Below, piece by piece: positions 60,918-64,000 of a stretch of 64,000 bases of DNA. The DNA is from an uncultured Bacilli bacterium (GTDB lineage: Bacteria > Bacillota_I > Bacilli_A > RF39 > UBA660): the NCBI GenBank assembly GCA_934141245.1, contig CAKPCB010000003.1, forward strand, positions 66,596-130,595, in the 5' to 3' direction. Numbering within the stretch: the first letter of the stretch is position 1; the number at the start of each line of letters is the position of its first letter. The notes beneath the pieces are model-generated. The model worked only from the letters and a program-made list of their open reading frames with translations, searched no databases and was not told the DNA's origin. The translations under genes and the position numbers were made by a program.

Positions 60918-62312
60918 ATGAAATTATATAATACATTATCAAAAAAAATTGAAACATTTACTCCTAATGAAGAGGGAATTGTTAAAATGTATACATGTGG
61001 ACCAACCGTATATAATTATGCACATATAGGTAACTTGAGAACCTACATTTTTGAGGATATATTAGAAAAAGGTCTTAACTATTTAGGATATGATGTTATG
61101 CGTGTTATGAATATAACTGATGTTGGACATATGACTAGTGATAGCGATTCTGGTGAAGATAAGATGGAAAAAGGTGCTCTAAGAGAAGGAAAAACAGTAT
61201 ATGAAATAGCCGATTTCTATACAAAGGCTTTCTTTGAAGATTTTTCTAAATTGAACATTAATAAACCTGCTATAGTAGAAAATGCTAGTAAACATATTGA
61301 TAAATACATTGAAATGATTCAAAAAATGCTGGATGATGGATATGCATATATATCTGAAGGAAACGTATATTTCGATATTTCGAAAGCTAAGGATTATTAT
61401 AAACTTTCAGGCAAAAATCCAGATGATTTAAAGGTTGGAGTTAGAGAAACTGTTGAAGAAGACAAAGCTAAAAGAAATCCTGGTGATTTTGGTTTATGGT
61501 TTACGGTTTCTAAGTTTGCTAATCAAGACATGAAATGGGACTCTCCTTGGGGAGTTGGATACCCTGGATGGCATATTGAATGCTCTGGAATATCAGCAGA
61601 ATATTTAGGAGAGTACTTAGATATACATTGTGGTGGTGTAGATAATATTTTTCCACATCATACTAATGAAATAGCTCAAAGCGAAGCTTATTTTGGACAT
61701 AAATGGTGTAACTACTGGTTACATGGAGAACATTTAAATAATAAAGATGGTAAAATGAGCAAATCAAAAGGAGAATTTTTAACAGTCTCATTACTTGAAG
61801 AAAAAGGATATTCTCCCCTTGCATATAGATTCTTTTGTTTAAATAGTCATTATAGAAATCAATTAATATTTTCATATGAGGCATTAGATGGTGCAGAACA
61901 AGCCTATCAAAAATTAAAAAATAAAATTAAAGGTTTAGACAAAACACCAAATCTTCATGAAAGTAAGATAGATTTTTATCAAAATAAATTTAAAGATGCA
62001 ATTTCTAATGATTTAAATACGGCTTCTATGCTTACTGTTTTGTATGATTTACTTAAAGATGATGAACTAACAGACTTTACTAAACTATATTTAGTTAATG
62101 ATTTTGATAAAGTATTATCATTAGGACTTATTGATGAAGAAAAAACGGTGGATAGCGAATTTGAAAAATATATATTAGAGAAAATTGAAGAAAGAAATAA
62201 AGCAAAAAAAGAAAAAGATTATGCAAAAGCAGATGAAATTAGAAATGAATTGTTAGAAAAGAAAGTTCGTTTGATTGATTCTAGGGAAGGAACTACATAC
62301 GAAATAATATAG
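60918..62312 (+). CDS. cysS: Cysteinyl-tRNA synthetase
   Basis: HIGN (YNYAHIGNLR), KMSKS (GKMSKSKGE) and Zn-binding Cys/His residues. Confidence 0.9.
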   Translation: MKLYNTLSKKIETFTPNEEGIVKMYTCGPTVYNYAHIGNLRTYIFEDILEKGLNYLGYDVMRVMNITDVGHMTSDSDSGEDKMEKGALREGKTVYEIADFYTKAFFEDFSKLNINKPAIVENASKHIDKYIEMIQKMLDDGYAYISEGNVYFDISKAKDYYKLSGKNPDDLKVGVRETVEEDKAKRNPGDFGLWFTVSKFANQDMKWDSPWGVGYPGWHIECSGISAEYLGEYLDIHCGGVDNIFPHHTNEIAQSEAYFGHKWCNYWLHGEHLNNKDGKMSKSKGEFLTVSLLEEKGYSPLAYRFFCLNSHYRNQLIFSYEALDGAEQAYQKLKNKIKGLDKTPNLHESKIDFYQNKFKDAISNDLNTASMLTVLYDLLKDDELTDFTKLYLVNDFDKVLSLGLIDEEKTVDSEFEKYILEKIEERNKAKKEKDYAKADEIRNELLEKKVRLIDSREGTTYEII

Positions 62313-62320
62313 GAGGGAAA

Positions 62321-63004
62321 ATGAATAATTATTTAATTAGTGAAATTCTTTTAATAACCGGATTTTTAATAAGTTTATTTGCTCAACTTTTTATAAGTAT
62401 CTCTTATAGCAAATATAAAAGAGTTGGCAATAGAAAGAAAATTAGTGGTTTTGAAACAGCAAGAAAAATATTAGATGATAATGGTTTACAAGATGTTTAT
62501 GTTACTGAAACTAAGGGTAATTTAACTGATCATTATGATCCAAATAGAAAAGTTATAAGGCTTTCTACAGAGATTTTTCATGGAACAACTATTGCTGCCT
62601 CTTCTGTTGCAGCACATGAGGTTGGTCATGCAATTCAAGACAAAGAGAGTTATTCGTTTATGCGTTTTAGATCTGCAATTTTTCCTCTTGTAAGAATAGC
62701 TTCTTATGGTGGATATTTTGCAATTTTAATAGGAATAATATTTGGAATGACAGATTTGATTTGGTTAGGAATTGCCTGTGAAATTATTATATTATTATTT
62801 CAACTTCTTACATTACCGGTAGAATTTAATGCTTCTGAAAGAGCAAAAAAGGAATTAGTTAGATTAGGTATTTTAGATAATGATGAATTAGATGGAGGAT
62901 CTAAAATGCTTAAGGCAGCAGCATTTACATATGTTGCATCTGTTTTAACAACAATACTACAAATATTAAGATTGATTGTCATGCTTTCTGGTAGAGACGA
63001 TTAG
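62321..63004 (+). CDS. YugP-family membrane zinc metallopeptidase
   Basis: HExxH (AAHEVGHAIQD) flanked by TM segments. Confidence 0.7.
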   Translation: MNNYLISEILLITGFLISLFAQLFISISYSKYKRVGNRKKISGFETARKILDDNGLQDVYVTETKGNLTDHYDPNRKVIRLSTEIFHGTTIAASSVAAHEVGHAIQDKESYSFMRFRSAIFPLVRIASYGGYFAILIGIIFGMTDLIWLGIACEIIILLFQLLTLPVEFNASERAKKELVRLGILDNDELDGGSKMLKAAAFTYVASVLTTILQILRLIVMLSGRDD

Positions 63005-63082
63005 TCTTTTTTTATTTCTTTTTTTCTTTACAAATTAAATAATATTCGTTAAAATACAACTTAATGTTTGGAGTGAATTACT

Positions 63083-63775
63083 GTGGATAAATTAAATGTT
63101 GTTAAAATGACTAGAAAAGATATAAAAGGGCTTCCGCTTGTTAAAAACGGTAAAATGGGAGCAACTTCTAAAGTTTATAGACTTAATAATCTTGAATGTT
63201 TAAAAATTTTTAATTATAACTTATCTGAATATGAACTTTATAGAATTAATAAATTTACCAATATGTGTATAACCGGTGTTAACTTTCCAACAAAACTTGT
63301 TATTGTTGATAAAAAATTTAAAGGGTATATTTCAGATTTTATAAATGGCGAATCATTAGATACACTTTCTTATATTGGCTACTCAGAATTTATTAATGCT
63401 GCTGTTCCATTACTGGAAGCAATTAGAAAGGTTTCGGTAGAAAGAATTAGAATTTTTGATTCACATGAGGGGAATATAATGTATAATTATGATACGGGTA
63501 TGTTAGAGATCATTGATCCCGTTGAATGGTCTTTTGATTACACTAGTTCAATTAGGGAGATACATGAAAAAAATTTTAAAATGATAAATTCCACTATAAG
63601 AAGATATCTTTTCCACAATAGTGATATTTATAATGCAGCAGCATATATTCCATATTTAAAAGATATTACTATTTCAGATGATTTTGTAGAGTATTATGAA
63701 ACTTTAAGAGAATATATGGAAGAGGCAAAGAATGTAAAAATCAAATCAATTGTTGATTCTAGGAGATATATATAA
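63083..63775 (+). CDS. Protein-kinase-like fold protein (CotS/APH-like), hypothetical
   Basis: Catalytic-loop-like FDSHEGNIMYN (compare DxHxGN of APH/CotS kinases) and a downstream IDPVEW. Confidence 0.4.
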   Translation: MDKLNVVKMTRKDIKGLPLVKNGKMGATSKVYRLNNLECLKIFNYNLSEYELYRINKFTNMCITGVNFPTKLVIVDKKFKGYISDFINGESLDTLSYIGYSEFINAAVPLLEAIRKVSVERIRIFDSHEGNIMYNYDTGMLEIIDPVEWSFDYTSSIREIHEKNFKMINSTIRRYLFHNSDIYNAAAYIPYLKDITISDDFVEYYETLREYMEEAKNVKIKSIVDSRRYI

Positions 63776-64000
63776 TGAATGCAAAAGAAATTAATGTGTT
63801 AGTGTTAGCTTATATGGGTGATACTATATATGAAAAATATATTAGAGAATTTTTAATAAATAAAAAAATACCAAATGTTAATGAACTTCAAAAACACTCA
63901 GTTGAATATGTAAGTGCTAAAGCACAAGCTAAGTTTTTAACAGAACTTGTGGATAAAAACATTCTAAACAACGAAGAAATTTCAGTAATAAAAAGGGCTA
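63775..64000 (+). CDS. mrnC: Mini-ribonuclease 3 (MrnC/YazC), N-terminal part (3' end lies outside the window)
   Basis: NVLVLAYMGDTIYEKYIREFL matches the RNase III-like LAY(I/M)GDA motif. Conserved cysS-mrnC order. AGGAG RBS. Confidence 0.7.
   Translation, partial: MNAKEINVLVLAYMGDTIYEKYIREFLINKKIPNVNELQKHSVEYVSAKAQAKFLTELVDKNILNNEEISVIKRA

Noticed and set aside
28730-62982. Further antisense ORFs inside larger genes (28730-29020, 30113-30358, 31656-31943, 33269-33511, 34717-34992, 36415-36600, 37694-37924, 38372-38554, 41406-41642, 42457-42798, 43555-43860, 44758-44967, 45384-45803, 45885-46157, 46824-47021, 49216-49407, 51516-51767, 52493-52678, 54061-54258, 59485-59964, 61663-61884, 62800-62982)
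   Set aside because: Each lies within or antisense to a confidently identified CDS. The predicted peptides are poly-Ile/Phe/Leu/Ser and they lack a translation-initiation context.
1-64000. CRISPR arrays, tRNA genes and rRNA genes
   Set aside because: No regularly spaced direct repeats were seen and no GC-rich tRNA or rRNA-like islands. The few GC-rich intergenic patches are explained by the SRP RNA and the T-box leader.

Overview
This is a very AT-rich (~25% GC), gene-dense chromosomal segment from a low-GC, spore-forming Firmicute. It begins just downstream of the replication origin. Most genes are on the + strand, and the order closely follows the Bacillus subtilis origin-proximal map. That order is dnaN(3' end)-[ComK-like]-recF-gyrB-gyrA, then a small SRP RNA, tadA, dnaX-ybaB-recR-bofA-holB-yaaT-yabB-rsmI-pth-mfd. 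A T-box leader follows, then dut-metG-tatD-yabE-rsmA-yabG-veg-spoVG-yabP-yabQ and a DHH phosphoesterase-rplI-dnaB(helicase) block. After a cell-wall and housekeeping stretch come rpoE-prfA-prmC-spoIIR-mntP-fba-murA, rpmE-rpiB, mreB and tagO. Next is an agr-type quorum-sensing locus, then csp-hpf-secA. A ~1.7 kb decayed integrative-element remnant sits in the 3' end of secA. A small accessory patch follows, holding an NPQTG sortase substrate, a SigE/SigK-type sigma factor and an OatA-like O-acetyltransferase, and then cysS-yugP-mrnC. No rRNA, tRNA or CRISPR arrays were seen. The second-look items are these: a ComK homolog sits between dnaN and recF. A complete but unusually arranged agr locus (agrA-agrC convergent with agrD-agrB) carries a new autoinducing-peptide candidate. 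Unannotated non-coding elements include a minimal SRP RNA, a Met-type T-box leader ahead of dut-metG, and paired CCCGGG/CACGTG palindromes that bracket ffs-tadA. The element remnant shows a duplicated secA 3' tail plus arm-like TTGTGTGCA repeats. The sporulation-type sigma factor has no evident pro-sequence and carries a C-terminal extension. Coordinates of small non-coding elements were worked out by hand and may be off by 1-2 nt.
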